Below the pieces are notes generated by a model, which saw only the letters and a program-made list of their open reading frames with translations, made no database searches and was not told the origin of the DNA. Both the position numbers and the translations under genes were made by a program. Below are positions 1 through 9,644 of a DNA stretch of 64,000 nucleotides, piece after piece. Source of the stretch: Candidatus Multivoradales bacterium. GTDB lineage: Bacteria > Acidobacteriota > Thermoanaerobaculia > Multivoradales > Multivoraceae. The number at the start of each line of letters is the position of its first letter. Position 1 is the first letter of the stretch. The stretch is from NCBI GenBank assembly GCA_965223325.1, contig CBDCWI010000002.1:2240001-2304000 (forward strand). The letters run 5' to 3'.

Positions 1-1839
1 CAGACGTACCGAGATCTCCCCCTGCTCGGCCGCCTCGGCCTCCCTGCCGACGATGACGAAGCTGTTGGTGAAGCCCGGAGCGAGTGGGTGATCCGTGGTT
101 AGCGCTGCCGAAACCACCGACGGCAGAGCTTCTGCACCGGCAACCAGCCTCCGATCGAAGCGCTCGATCTCCTGCCAGTTCGGGTAGTTCGAGAAGTCGG
201 AGGGATAGCGTGAACTCGGCAGCCTGAAGCTGGCTCGCAGAACCGAGTCGGCCGAGAAACCGGCATCGACACCAGCGACGTTGGCCAGCGAACTTCCCAA
301 CAAGGCGGCCGACGTCGCCAGAACCAGGGCCATGGCCACCTGGGCGGCGACCAGCAGTCGACGAGTCCGCAGGCCACTCCGGGCGCTGCCCGCACGGCGC
401 TGGCCCGAACGAAGAACGCCGGCCAGGCTGCCAGGCTCGTAGCGCACCGCGGGAAGGGCGGCACACAGAACCATCAATGCGAAACCAACACCCAACGCCG
501 GCAGGAAGGCGCTGAGCCGTGGCTCGCTCAGCTGCCCTCCGGAGACCTCGAGCAGATCGGGCGCTAGAGCCCCGAAGCCACGCAGGAGAAGGTGAGTCAT
601 TCCGATCGCTACCAGGCTAGCGATCGAGGCAAGGAGTAAGGCCTCGATGAAGAAGCGCCTGAAGACACCGAAGCGCCCGGCTCCGAGCGCTGCCGTTACC
701 GCCAACTCATGACGGCGGCTCGAAGAGCGCGCCATCGTCAGGTTGGCAATGTTCACGCACGCGGTCGCCAGCAGAATCAGGACCGCCAGGGCGAGGAATC
801 GCAACGGCTGCTTCAAATCGCCGCGCACGACCTCGTCGACCGGTTCCACCATGAAGCCCCGGCCAGCGTTCTCGCGGGGATACTCGCGCTCGAGATCGGT
901 GCCGATCTGCCCCAACTCAGCCCGCGCCTCCGCGAGGGCGACCCCCTCTTTCAGGCGTGCGATCACCCAGGTCGAGTGGCTCCATCGCGGCGACGTCGAG
1001 GCATCTTCCTGGAGAGGCAGCCAGATGTCCGGCTGCCTCAAAGGTCGCGCAAGACTGCTGCGGCTCACACCAACGACCAGGTGCGGATCCCCTTCGATCG
1101 AGACAGACTGGCCCACGATGTTCGGATCTGAGCCGAAAGCGCGGCGCCAGAATCGCTCACCGAGAACGACGACCGCGGGGCCACCCGGGCGCGCCTCGCT
1201 ATCGGTAAAGAAGCGGCCAGCTACGACCCGTGGACCGAGGATGACCTCGTAGTTTGCGGTAGCCGATGCAACCTCGACGTGCATCGCCTCACCTCTGGGC
1301 GGTAAGAGATTGGCATCGCTCGCCGACCAGGCCGCCACACCCGACAGGGTTCTGGTTCGCTCCTGGAGATCGAGGTAGTCCGGCACCGACGACGGCTCAC
1401 GTTGGGTTCCCGTCAAGCGGTCGGCTTGCCAGACAACAACCACCTCCCGGTGACGATCCATCGGAAGCGGTTGCAGCAAGAGCGACTGCACCGCACTCGA
1501 CACCGCAGCGGCCGCTCCGACCGCGACCGCCAGCGTCACGATCACCAGCCAGGAATAGCCGGGTTCGCGCACCAGCGTACGCCCGGCCGCCCGCAGGTCG
1601 AGACGCCACGACGAAAACAAAAGGCGCCTTTCTTCTCTCCGGCGGCGCGCCTGGGTCAAGGCGACGCATTCGCGCTCGACTTCTCTCCGGTTGCCGAAGG
1701 CCTCTGAGACCATACGGCGGGCGGCCTCCGGATCCATGCCCTGTTCCACCAACTCTTCGACCCGCTGATCGAAATGGAACTGAAGCTCGTCCTTGACTTC
1801 TTCCTCGGCTTTGCGGCCGAACGGCCGGGGCCGCCTCAC
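1..1839 (-). CDS. ADOP-type duplicated MacB/FtsX ABC permease (5' part; runs off the left edge; absent from the ORF track)
   Basis: GTG start overlaps the PadR stop (GTGA, 1836-1839). Segments translated by hand give EEEVKDELQFHFDQRVEELVEQGMDPEAARR (permease prefix), DLRAAGRTLVREPGYSWLVIVTLAVAVG...LLLQPLP and ACVNIANLTMARSSSRRHELAVTAALGAGR, all hallmark ADOP motifs in one frame. Confidence 0.9.
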   Translation of the reverse strand, partial: MRRPRPFGRKAEEEVKDELQFHFDQRVEELVEQGMDPEAARRMVSEAFGNRREVERECVALTQARRRREERRLLFSSWRLDLRAAGRTLVREPGYSWLVIVTLAVAVGAAAAVSSAVQSLLLQPLPMDRHREVVVVWQADRLTGTQREPSSVPDYLDLQERTRTLSGVAAWSASDANLLPPRGEAMHVEVASATANYEVILGPRVVAGRFFTDSEARPGGPAVVVLGERFWRRAFGSDPNIVGQSVSIEGDPHLVVGVSRSSLARPLRQPDIWLPLQEDASTSPRWSHSTWVIARLKEGVALAEARAELGQIGTDLEREYPRENAGRGFMVEPVDEVVRGDLKQPLRFLALAVLILLATACVNIANLTMARSSSRRHELAVTAALGAGRFGVFRRFFIEALLLASIASLVAIGMTHLLLRGFGALAPDLLEVSGGQLSEPRLSAFLPALGVGFALMVLCAALPAVRYEPGSLAGVLRSGQRRAGSARSGLRTRRLLVAAQVAMALVLATSAALLGSSLANVAGVDAGFSADSVLRASFRLPSSRYPSDFSNYPNWQEIERFDRRLVAGAEALPSVVSAALTTDHPLAPGFTNSFVIVGREAEAAEQGEISVRL

Positions 1840-2216
1840 GGGATCACCGCCACGGTCTCGTCGCCGCCGACCTCTGGCAGGACCACGCCGAGCACCCGGG
1901 CGACGGCTTGCACGTGGCGCAGCCAGTGGGCCGACTCCTGATCGAGGCGCGACTGACCCTTGGGGGTCAAGCGATAGAACTTCGCCCGCCGTCCTTCATC
2001 TGTAGTGCCCCATTCGCCGAGGAGCATTCCATCGCGCTCCAGCCGATGAAGAGCGGGATATAGAGCGCCCTCCTCGATGATCAGGGCGTCCCGCGCCGCT
2101 TCTGTGATCGATTTCAGAATGCCGAGACCGTGAGCTCGACCCTCGCTGGAGTCCGCCAGCGTCCTGAGGATCAGCAGGTTCAGGGTGCCGTACAGAGTGT
2201 GGCCGGCGCGTTTCAT
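1836..2216 (-). CDS. PadR family transcriptional regulator (acidobacterial type)
   Basis: GTLNLLILRTL...HGLGI...IEEGALYPALHRLE..G.L..EWG...RRAKFYRLT. AAGGAG RBS precedes the ATG at 2216. Confidence 0.92.
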   Translation of the reverse strand: MKRAGHTLYGTLNLLILRTLADSSEGRAHGLGILKSITEAARDALIIEEGALYPALHRLERDGMLLGEWGTTDEGRRAKFYRLTPKGQSRLDQESAHWLRHVQAVARVLGVVLPEVGGDETVAVIP

Positions 2217-2333
2217 GGTCGCGACTCCTTCTGGTCGGGGAATCGTCGGGATCGATGGCCACATCCTAACCTAATCTTCTTAGGCTATCCCCCGACCCGG
2301 CCCGCGACTCGCGTTTCGCCCGACACAAGCCCC

Positions 2334-2732
2334 TCAGGCCACGTCAAGGGCGTGGGCGATGAGATCGTCCAGCGACAGGATCTCGAGCGCTGACTCATCG
2401 GTCGCCGCGAGCACCACCTGCGGCGCGTAGCCGGCGTCGAGTGCCTCCTGCCAGCGCGAGGCGCACAGGCACCAGCGATCTCCGGGCTGCAGGCCGGCGA
2501 AAGCGTACTCAGGCCGCGGCGTCGAGAGGTCGTTGCCGACTGCTTGGCTAAAAGCCAGGAACTCGGCCGTCATGCGCACGCATACGACGTGCCGACCGAC
2601 GTCCTCTGGCCCGGTGTGACAGCAGCCGTCACGAAAGAAGCCAGTCATCGGGTCGGTGCTGCAGAACTCGAGGGCACCACCGAGAACGTTGCGGGAGGCG
2701 TCGCGAGATGCGGGAAAGTCTTCTTCGGTCAT
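2334..2732 (-). CDS. DUF2237 family protein
   Basis: NVLGGALEFCSTDPMTGFFRDGCC.TGPED.G.H.VC...FL.FS...GNDLSTPRPE..F.GL.PGDRWCLCA.RW signature. Confidence 0.9.
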   Translation of the reverse strand: MTEEDFPASRDASRNVLGGALEFCSTDPMTGFFRDGCCHTGPEDVGRHVVCVRMTAEFLAFSQAVGNDLSTPRPEYAFAGLQPGDRWCLCASRWQEALDAGYAPQVVLAATDESALEILSLDDLIAHALDVA

Positions 2733-2797
2733 GCGATTCGTTCCCAGCCCGAGAGCAGCTCCGCCCGTTCTGGCGCCGCAGTTCGGGCTCCGCTCCC

Positions 2798-3169
2798 TCA
2801 GCTCCAGTAGCTGTCAGCGAGACCGAAGGCCAGGGCCGCCAGGCCACCCAGGAGAGGAAAGGCGAGGACCGCGAGCATGGCACGAAAGGCAAGACCACGG
2901 GTACGCCCCGAAAAGGCGACGATGGCCTGGCCGACAACCACCCCAGCGAAGGGCAGCGCACCCAGAACACCGTGGGCACACCATGGGCAGTCGCGACTTC
3001 CAGCGTCGTGAACGTTGCAAGCGGCGGCACCTCCGGCCCACAACGCCCGACAGCCACAGTCAAACAACAGGTCGCAGAACTGCAGAAAGAACAAGGCCGC
3101 AAGGACTACGCTGCCTAGAAAGACGAAGACATTCGGCCAACGAAACTGCCAGGTCAGTTGTGTAACCAC
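2798..3169 (-). CDS. Small Cys-rich membrane protein of unknown function (start uncertain)
   Basis: Three hydrophobic segments around a FCDLLFDCGC...CNVH...CPWCAH loop. Proposed GTG start overlaps the end of the upstream ABC ATPase gene. Confidence 0.65.
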   Translation of the reverse strand: MVTQLTWQFRWPNVFVFLGSVVLAALFFLQFCDLLFDCGCRALWAGGAAACNVHDAGSRDCPWCAHGVLGALPFAGVVVGQAIVAFSGRTRGLAFRAMLAVLAFPLLGGLAALAFGLADSYWS

Positions 3170-3816
3170 CCGTCGCGTAGCCGCACGATGCGGTTGCCAA
3201 ACGCAGCGCACTCCTCAGAGTGCGTCACCTGAACGATGGTGGTGCCCTCGTCGTTGAGCCCCTTGAAGAGTTGCATGATCTCGAGACCCTGCTCGCTGTG
3301 CAGGTTGCCGGTCGGTTCGTCAGCCAGAATGACACGGGGACCGGTTATCACCGCTCGCGCTACCCCAACCAACTGTTGCTGCCCGCCCGAGAGCTGATTG
3401 GGATAGAGGTCCTTCTTGCCGACGATCTGGAAACGGTCGAGGGTATCGGCCACCAGCGCCTGACGTTCGCCACGCTTGATCTTGCGGTAGGACAGCGGCA
3501 CCTCGAGGTTCTCTGCCACCGTCAAATGATCGAGCAGGTGGTAGCTCTGAAAGACGAAGCCGATGTTCTCTTTGTGAAGCTGGTTGCGATGCTTGGGCTT
3601 GAGCGCGTGCACGGGTTGGTCCGCAAACCAGTACTCACCCTGCCAGTCCCCGTCGAGCATGCCGAAGATATGCAGCAGAGTGGACTTCCCTGCTCCCGAC
3701 GGCCCCATGATGGTGACGAACTCACCCTCCTCGATCGACAGCGTGAGCTGTCTCAAGACCCAGGTGCGACCGGCGCCTGAGTCATAGAACTTCTCGAGGT
3801 TCTCTGTTCGAATCAT
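3154..3816 (-). CDS. ABC transporter ATP-binding protein (LolD/MacB-like)
   Basis: Walker A GPSGAGKST, signature LSGGQQQL, Walker B ILADEPTGNL, H-loop VTHS. Confidence 0.93.
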   Translation of the reverse strand: MIRTENLEKFYDSGAGRTWVLRQLTLSIEEGEFVTIMGPSGAGKSTLLHIFGMLDGDWQGEYWFADQPVHALKPKHRNQLHKENIGFVFQSYHLLDHLTVAENLEVPLSYRKIKRGERQALVADTLDRFQIVGKKDLYPNQLSGGQQQLVGVARAVITGPRVILADEPTGNLHSEQGLEIMQLFKGLNDEGTTIVQVTHSEECAAFGNRIVRLRDGWLHN

Positions 3817-4069
3817 GTGGGGTCTCGGATGGCGAGCTGTCGGGCAAGCAAGGGTGAGGGTTCAAGACAGCGCCGAGGTTACCGCGACTCCGCACGCGCC
3901 AGAAGAGGAGCCTCGCGCACAGAAAAGCCACTCACGGCACGCCGCCATGGATGCCAGGGCCTCTGGGGTGCCTGGGCTATCGCTGCATGGACCGGGGCAT
4001 GGGGCGCCATTGCGGCACCGGTCCCCCGACGACCCCACACGACCGAGCAGAGTTCGGTTGCTCGGTTGC

Positions 4070-4816
4070 TCAGGTGACTCCGGAATGCTCAGCAACCTCG
4101 ACCACCCCCTCTTCGACGATACGACCGTCGAACAAGTGGACCGAACGCTCAGCATGCGCGGCGTAGCGGGGATCATGGGTGACCATGCAGATCGTCGCAC
4201 CGCCTGAGTGCAACTCCTGCATCAGGTTCATCACTGCTTCACCGTTGGTGGAGTCGAGGTTACCGGTCGGCTCATCGGCAAGCAGAATCGACGGGTCACC
4301 AACCACAGCCCGGGCAACCGCAACACGCTGCTGTTGACCACCAGAGAGCTGCGACGGGTAATGCTTCATACGATGGGACATTCCGACGCGCTCGAGGGAG
4401 TGCTGGACGCGCTCGCGGCGCTCTGCCGACGGCATGCCGCGATAGGTCAACGGTAGCTCGACGTTCTCGTAGACATTGAGATCGCCGATCAGGTTGAAGG
4501 CCTGGAAGATGAAGCCGACCTCGCGGTTTCTTATGCGCGCGCGCTGCGACATGTTGAGGTCGGCAACCTCCTGCTTGTTGAGCGTGTAGCGACCGTCTGT
4601 GGGCGTGTCGAGGAGGCCGAGAATCGACAGCAAGGTCGACTTTCCGCAACCTGAGGGACCGGCAATCGCAACGTAGTCACCCTTCAAAATGTCGAGGTGA
4701 ATGCCGTTCAGGGCATGGGTCTCGACCTCGTCGGTATAGAAGACCTTGTTGACGTCGCGGAGCTCGATGAGTGGCTCGCGGCCGCTGGTTTCGCTGGTTC
4801 TGGACTCTTCGCTCAT
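4070..4816 (-). CDS. ABC transporter ATP-binding protein (LolD/MacB-like)
   Basis: GPSGCGKST, LSGGQQQRVAVARA, LLADEPTGNLD, VTHD. GGAGG RBS precedes the ATG at 4816. Confidence 0.93.
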   Translation of the reverse strand: MSEESRTSETSGREPLIELRDVNKVFYTDEVETHALNGIHLDILKGDYVAIAGPSGCGKSTLLSILGLLDTPTDGRYTLNKQEVADLNMSQRARIRNREVGFIFQAFNLIGDLNVYENVELPLTYRGMPSAERRERVQHSLERVGMSHRMKHYPSQLSGGQQQRVAVARAVVGDPSILLADEPTGNLDSTNGEAVMNLMQELHSGGATICMVTHDPRYAAHAERSVHLFDGRIVEEGVVEVAEHSGVT

Positions 4817-5056
4817 AGGGGGTACTCCTCCGGTTCCCATGGCTCTACTGCCGAGAGATCTTGACTGAGAGGTCACCTCTGAGGCGTTCTTCTGGGACGA
4901 ATGTGCCAAAGACGCGTTTCAGGCGGTGCTTCAAAGGGTGATTCACTCTTAAGACGTACGGGACGCGAAATCGTTTCGTTCGAGGGGCATTTCGTTTCCA
5001 GGGAGTTTCAGCCATAGGGGTCCAAAGACCCTCCAAGTAACTGAAACAAAAGGCGC

Positions 5057-6310
5057 TTAGTCCAACCGGACCCGGTCGTATTCATCCCAGTTCGAGGTGT
5101 CGGACAGAATCACCTCGTCGCCGACCGCAAGCCCCTCGACAACCTGGACCGTGGTGACCGAGGTCTTGCCCAGCCGCACCTGGACCCGGCGGGCCATCGA
5201 GCCGTCCGCATCCAGCTTGTACAGCCCGACGGTGCTGTCGGCCTGGCCGTAGATCGGTCGGCCGACGTGCAGAACGTCCTCGAGACGCTCGATCTCGATC
5301 GTCCCGTCGACTGAGAGGTCAGGTCGCGCGCCGCGCGGCAACTCACCCGTCAAACGAACGTCGACGGTGACCGTGCCGTTCTGGACTGCCGGATCGATAC
5401 GCATCACTTCGCCTTCGACGATTCCGTTGCGGGTGTCGATGCGCGCCAGCTGCCCGATCCCAACGTCCTTGGCCTGCGTCTCATTGATCCGCAGCTCGGC
5501 CTTGAGGTTCTTGGGCTCGGCAACCCGCGCCAGGTTGAGGCCCGGGGTGACCTGCTGACCCACCTCGACGGGTACCTGTTGCAAGACGCCCGAGATACCG
5601 GCCCGTACGAATAACCCGTCTAGCTGTGAACGCCGTAGCTGGTACAACGCCCGCGCCTGGTCGAGCTGGGCGCGCGCCGAGAGAATCTGTGCCTCGACCG
5701 AACGCTTACTGATCGCGAGGCGCTCCTGCTCGAGTTCGTAGCGCTTGGCGAGTTCATCGGCGACCAGGGTTGACTTCTTGGCCTCGAGCTCTGAGATCAG
5801 GCCATCGATCAGAAGCTGCGCATCGGCCTCGGCCTGCAGCTGAGCCTGCTTGAACTCGGACTCGATGGCGGCAAAGCTGGCGCGCTCGTTGAGAAGGCGA
5901 CTTTCCGCAGCCACCCGCGCATCGGCAAACTCAGCTTCGGCACGGTTGAGCGCCAGGAGAGCATCCTGGGTCTGTTGCTCGAGCTCGGGGTTCGAGAGCT
6001 CGAGCACCACCGTGTCGGGCTCGACCTGAGCACCGGGGAGAATCACGCGGCGCTCAACGCGTCCCTGGGTGCGGGCGGAAACCCAGCGGATCTCCTCCGG
6101 CACCAGAGTGCCCGGCCCGCGCACTTCGCGTAACATTTCGCCACGTTTCACCGTGTCGGTGTACACCGTTGACCGCTCCACCTTGTAGGCCGCCGGCTCG
6201 AGGTTGATCAACCACAGGGTCAGGGCGCCCAGTGCCACGGCGCCAATGACGCCCCAGATGATCTGCTTCTTTCGGCGCGCTTCGGCTACGCCTTCTCGCT
6301 TGACATCCAC
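5057..6310 (-). CDS. Membrane fusion protein / periplasmic adaptor (HlyD/MacA-like)
   Basis: N-terminal TM helix, lipoyl-like halves (SARTQGRVER...; VRAGISGVL...VEVGQQV), long alpha-hairpin, C-terminal VRLGKTS...VVEGL..GD.VILSD. Confidence 0.9.
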   Translation of the reverse strand: MDVKREGVAEARRKKQIIWGVIGAVALGALTLWLINLEPAAYKVERSTVYTDTVKRGEMLREVRGPGTLVPEEIRWVSARTQGRVERRVILPGAQVEPDTVVLELSNPELEQQTQDALLALNRAEAEFADARVAAESRLLNERASFAAIESEFKQAQLQAEADAQLLIDGLISELEAKKSTLVADELAKRYELEQERLAISKRSVEAQILSARAQLDQARALYQLRRSQLDGLFVRAGISGVLQQVPVEVGQQVTPGLNLARVAEPKNLKAELRINETQAKDVGIGQLARIDTRNGIVEGEVMRIDPAVQNGTVTVDVRLTGELPRGARPDLSVDGTIEIERLEDVLHVGRPIYGQADSTVGLYKLDADGSMARRVQVRLGKTSVTTVQVVEGLAVGDEVILSDTSNWDEYDRVRLD

Positions 6311-6419
6311 GCTCTACATCTCGCAGTGAAGGAAGTTGTTGGGGGGTTTTGAACCCAGATACGACCGACTGGTCCAGAGGTTGCAGCCGAGCCCTGGCAT
6401 CCCACGAATCCAGGCCCGA

Positions 6420-7439
6420 CTAGCCCACCTGCCAGGTGTCGCCGCCCCGCAGCAGGTCCTCGAGTTTTCCCGGACCACGGTCTTCAGCCGCCTTGATCTG
6501 CGCCAGGACGCCTGATTCATAGCTCGGGCGCTCGACCTGGCGGAAAATCCCGATCGGGACTGGGTGGGTCGGTGCCTCGAACTGCGCCATCTGAAAGGCC
6601 AGGTTGGGATTCTCGCGGCTGGTATCCCAGATCAAGAGCTCCTCCGCGCTTCTGCCACCCTCACCCACCGCGGTGACCGCGAGATCTCCATCCGGACCGA
6701 GGTGGACGCCGCGGTCGCCTTCGGCTCCGACCACCACGGGCTTCTTGTCTTCGAGATAGATGACGTTCGCCTGACGGTTCTCCTTGTCGGTGACGTTGGC
6801 AAAAGCCTTGTCGTTGAAGATGTTGCAGTTCTGGAAGATCTCGACGAACGCGGTACCTTCATGGGCCGCTGCCGCTTTCAGCACCGACTTGAGGTGAGGC
6901 TGGAAGATGTCGACCGACCGTGCAACAAACGTCGCGCCCGCACCAATTGCCAGCGAGAGTGGGTTGAAGGGATAGTCGACCGACCCCATCGGGGTTGACT
7001 TGGTGCGTTTACCGGGCTCGCTGGTCGGCGAGTACTGACCCTTCGTCAGGCCGTAGATGCGGTTGTTGAACATCAGGATCTTGAGGCCAACGTTGCGCCG
7101 CAAGGCGTGAATGAAGTGGTTGCCGCCAATCGACATCGAATCGCCGTCGCCGGTGACCACCCATACCGAAAGCTCGGGCCGCGTCATCTTGAGGCCGGTG
7201 GCGACGGCAGGTGCACGCCCGTGGATGGTATGGAAGCCGTACGTGTTCATGTAGTACGGAAAGCGGCTCGAGCACCCGATCCCCGAGATCACGACGATGT
7301 TCTCCTTCGGAATGCCGAGCTCCGGGAACACCGACTGCACCGCCGAGAGAATGGCGTAGTCACCACACCCGGGGCACCAGCGCACCTCCTGGTCCGACTG
7401 GAAGTCCTTCTTGGTGAGGGCGGGGGCTTCAGTACTCAT
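6420..7439 (-). CDS. korB: 2-oxoacid:ferredoxin oxidoreductase subunit beta
   Basis: WCPGCGD, SGIGCSSR, HGRA, TPP-binding GDGD...NN..YGLTKGQ.SPT. Confidence 0.93.
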   Translation of the reverse strand: MSTEAPALTKKDFQSDQEVRWCPGCGDYAILSAVQSVFPELGIPKENIVVISGIGCSSRFPYYMNTYGFHTIHGRAPAVATGLKMTRPELSVWVVTGDGDSMSIGGNHFIHALRRNVGLKILMFNNRIYGLTKGQYSPTSEPGKRTKSTPMGSVDYPFNPLSLAIGAGATFVARSVDIFQPHLKSVLKAAAAHEGTAFVEIFQNCNIFNDKAFANVTDKENRQANVIYLEDKKPVVVGAEGDRGVHLGPDGDLAVTAVGEGGRSAEELLIWDTSRENPNLAFQMAQFEAPTHPVPIGIFRQVERPSYESGVLAQIKAAEDRGPGKLEDLLRGGDTWQVG

Positions 7440-7484
7440 TGCAGGTCTCCGTCGGCTGGCGGCAAAAGGTCTGACGACAAGACA

Positions 7485-9359
7485 TCAGGCGAGCTCCTCG
7501 ATACGAGCAAGGATCTCGCTCTTGAAGAACGGCTTCCCCTGCACCTTCGAGTAGCTCTCGATGTTGGCGTCGAAGTCGGCACGGAGCAAAAAGGCGAGTT
7601 GGCCGAGATTCATCTCCGGCACCAGAACGGTTTCGAAGTTGCTGAGCACTTCACCGAGGTTGGTCGGGAACGGGTTGAGGTGCCGGAGATGTGCTCGGCT
7701 GACCGACAGCCCCTTCTCCTGAGCCGAGGCGACCGCCCCAGTGATGGCACCGAGCGTACTGCCCCAGCCCAGCACCAGAACCTTCCCCTTGGCCTCGCCG
7801 AACACCTCGACTTCCGGAATGTCGACCTCAATCCCCGCCACCTTGTCGGCGCGCAGTTTGACCATGTGCTCATGGTTGGCGGGATCGTAGGAGACATTGC
7901 CGGTGATGTCCTGTTTCTCGAGCCCGCCAACCCGATGCTCCAGCCCGGGAGTGCCCGGAACTGCCCAGTCGCGCGCCAGGGTCTCGGGGTTGCGACGGTA
8001 CGGCTGAAACGTTCCGTCGACGCACTCGAAGCCTGAGTGGTACTCCCGCGCCAGGTCCGGCAGGTCTTCGACCTCTGGCAGGCGCCAGGGTTCGGCGCCA
8101 TTAGCGATGTAGCCATCGGCCAGGAGCACCACCGGAACCATGTACTTGGTGGCGATCCGAGCCGCCTCGATCGCGGCGAAGAAACAATCCGAGGGTGTCG
8201 CCGCCGCCACCACCGGCAACGGCGAATCGCTGTTGCGGCCGAACATGACCTGCAGCAAGTCGGCCTGTTCGGTCTTGGTTGGCAGGCCGGTCGAAGGGCC
8301 ACCGCGTTGCATATCGATGACGATCAGAGGCAGCTCGACGATCATGCCGAGACCCATCGCCTCCCCCTTGAGCGCGATGCCGGGCCCACTCGAACAGGTC
8401 ACGCCGAGGGCGCCACCGTAGGAGGCACCGATCGCCGCACAAACCGCCGCGATCTCGTCTTCTGCTTGGAAGGTGGTGACACCGAAGTCCTTGTGCGGCG
8501 CCAGGTTGTGAAGCACCTCACTGGCTGGAGTGATCGGGTAGGCACCCAGGAAGAGCGGCAACCCGCTGCGACGGGAAGCAGCGATCAGACCCATCGCCAG
8601 CGCCTGACTGCCGTTGACGTTGCGGTAGGTACCTGCCGGCAGCTCGGCGGCTTCGATCTCGTAGCGGTTCTGGAAGACCTCGGTGATGTCGCAGAAGTTG
8701 TAGCCCGCCCTCATGACGTTGGCGTTGGCCTTGGCCAACTCTGGACGCTTCTTGAACTTGTCGTCGAGCCAGGTAATGGTCGGCTCGAGGGGGCGCTGGT
8801 ACATCCAGTAGACCATCCCGAGGGCAAAGAAGTTCTTGCAACGATCCTGCGAACGCACGTCGAGGCCGCTGTCTTCGAGCGTCCGCCGCGTCATCGTGGT
8901 CAGCTCGACTTCGTAGACGCGGTAACCGTCGAGTGAACTGCCTTCGAGAGGACTGGCCTCGTAGCCCGCCTTCATCAGGTTGCGATCGGTGAACTCGTCG
9001 GTGTTGGTGATGATGATGCCGCCCGGCTCGAGATCGGCCAGGTTGGCCTTGAGCGCAGCCGGATTCATGGCGACCAGGACCGACGGCCGGTCTCCGGGGG
9101 TGTGGATGTCATGGTCGGCAATGCGCACCTGGAACGCCGATACGCCAGGCAGCGTTCCCGCCGGGGCGCGGATCTCAGCCGGGAAGTCGGGCAGCGTAGA
9201 CAGGTCGTTGCCAATGAGCGCCGAGGTGTTGCTGAACTGAGTCCCGGTCAACTGCATGCCGTCGCCGGAGTCGCCAGCGAAGCGAATCACGACCTCGGGA
9301 AGCCGCTCGTCAGTGGTGTTACGCGACCCTTTGCCGGAACCCGCGATCGGAAGCGTCAT
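7485..9359 (-). CDS. korA: 2-oxoacid:ferredoxin oxidoreductase subunit alpha (gamma-alpha fusion)
   Basis: FAGDSGDGMQ, YPITPAS, QAEDEIAA, SSGPG, QRGGPSTGLPTK.EQ.DL, PEMNLGQL. Confidence 0.93.
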   Translation of the reverse strand: MTLPIAGSGKGSRNTTDERLPEVVIRFAGDSGDGMQLTGTQFSNTSALIGNDLSTLPDFPAEIRAPAGTLPGVSAFQVRIADHDIHTPGDRPSVLVAMNPAALKANLADLEPGGIIITNTDEFTDRNLMKAGYEASPLEGSSLDGYRVYEVELTTMTRRTLEDSGLDVRSQDRCKNFFALGMVYWMYQRPLEPTITWLDDKFKKRPELAKANANVMRAGYNFCDITEVFQNRYEIEAAELPAGTYRNVNGSQALAMGLIAASRRSGLPLFLGAYPITPASEVLHNLAPHKDFGVTTFQAEDEIAAVCAAIGASYGGALGVTCSSGPGIALKGEAMGLGMIVELPLIVIDMQRGGPSTGLPTKTEQADLLQVMFGRNSDSPLPVVAAATPSDCFFAAIEAARIATKYMVPVVLLADGYIANGAEPWRLPEVEDLPDLAREYHSGFECVDGTFQPYRRNPETLARDWAVPGTPGLEHRVGGLEKQDITGNVSYDPANHEHMVKLRADKVAGIEVDIPEVEVFGEAKGKVLVLGWGSTLGAITGAVASAQEKGLSVSRAHLRHLNPFPTNLGEVLSNFETVLVPEMNLGQLAFLLRADFDANIESYSKVQGKPFFKSEILARIEELA

Positions 9360-9644
9360 GACTGGAACCCTTTCAACCTAGCAACGGATGGAGCGCCCTG
9401 GCAGGAACCGCGGGCCCTGGCGTACAAACGCCCTCGCCCCTGTCGGTCGAAGCGAGAGGCGCAAGCAACCACCCTCTGACTGAATCGTGGCTTCAGCCTA
9501 CGTCGCGACGCGATCTGAGGGAAGGGCCTTGACAGAAAAGGCGCAGGCCAGCCAAAAGCTCGAAAAACCCCACTCAGTCGAGCATCGACTCGCGCCGTTC
9601 CCCCCCTCAGGCCGACCGACCAGAAGAGATAGGCTGATAGCCCC

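Noticed and set aside
4893-4910. TTGGCAC (-24-like) on the minus strand upstream of the ABC ATPase
   Set aside because: No -12 TGC element at the required distance.
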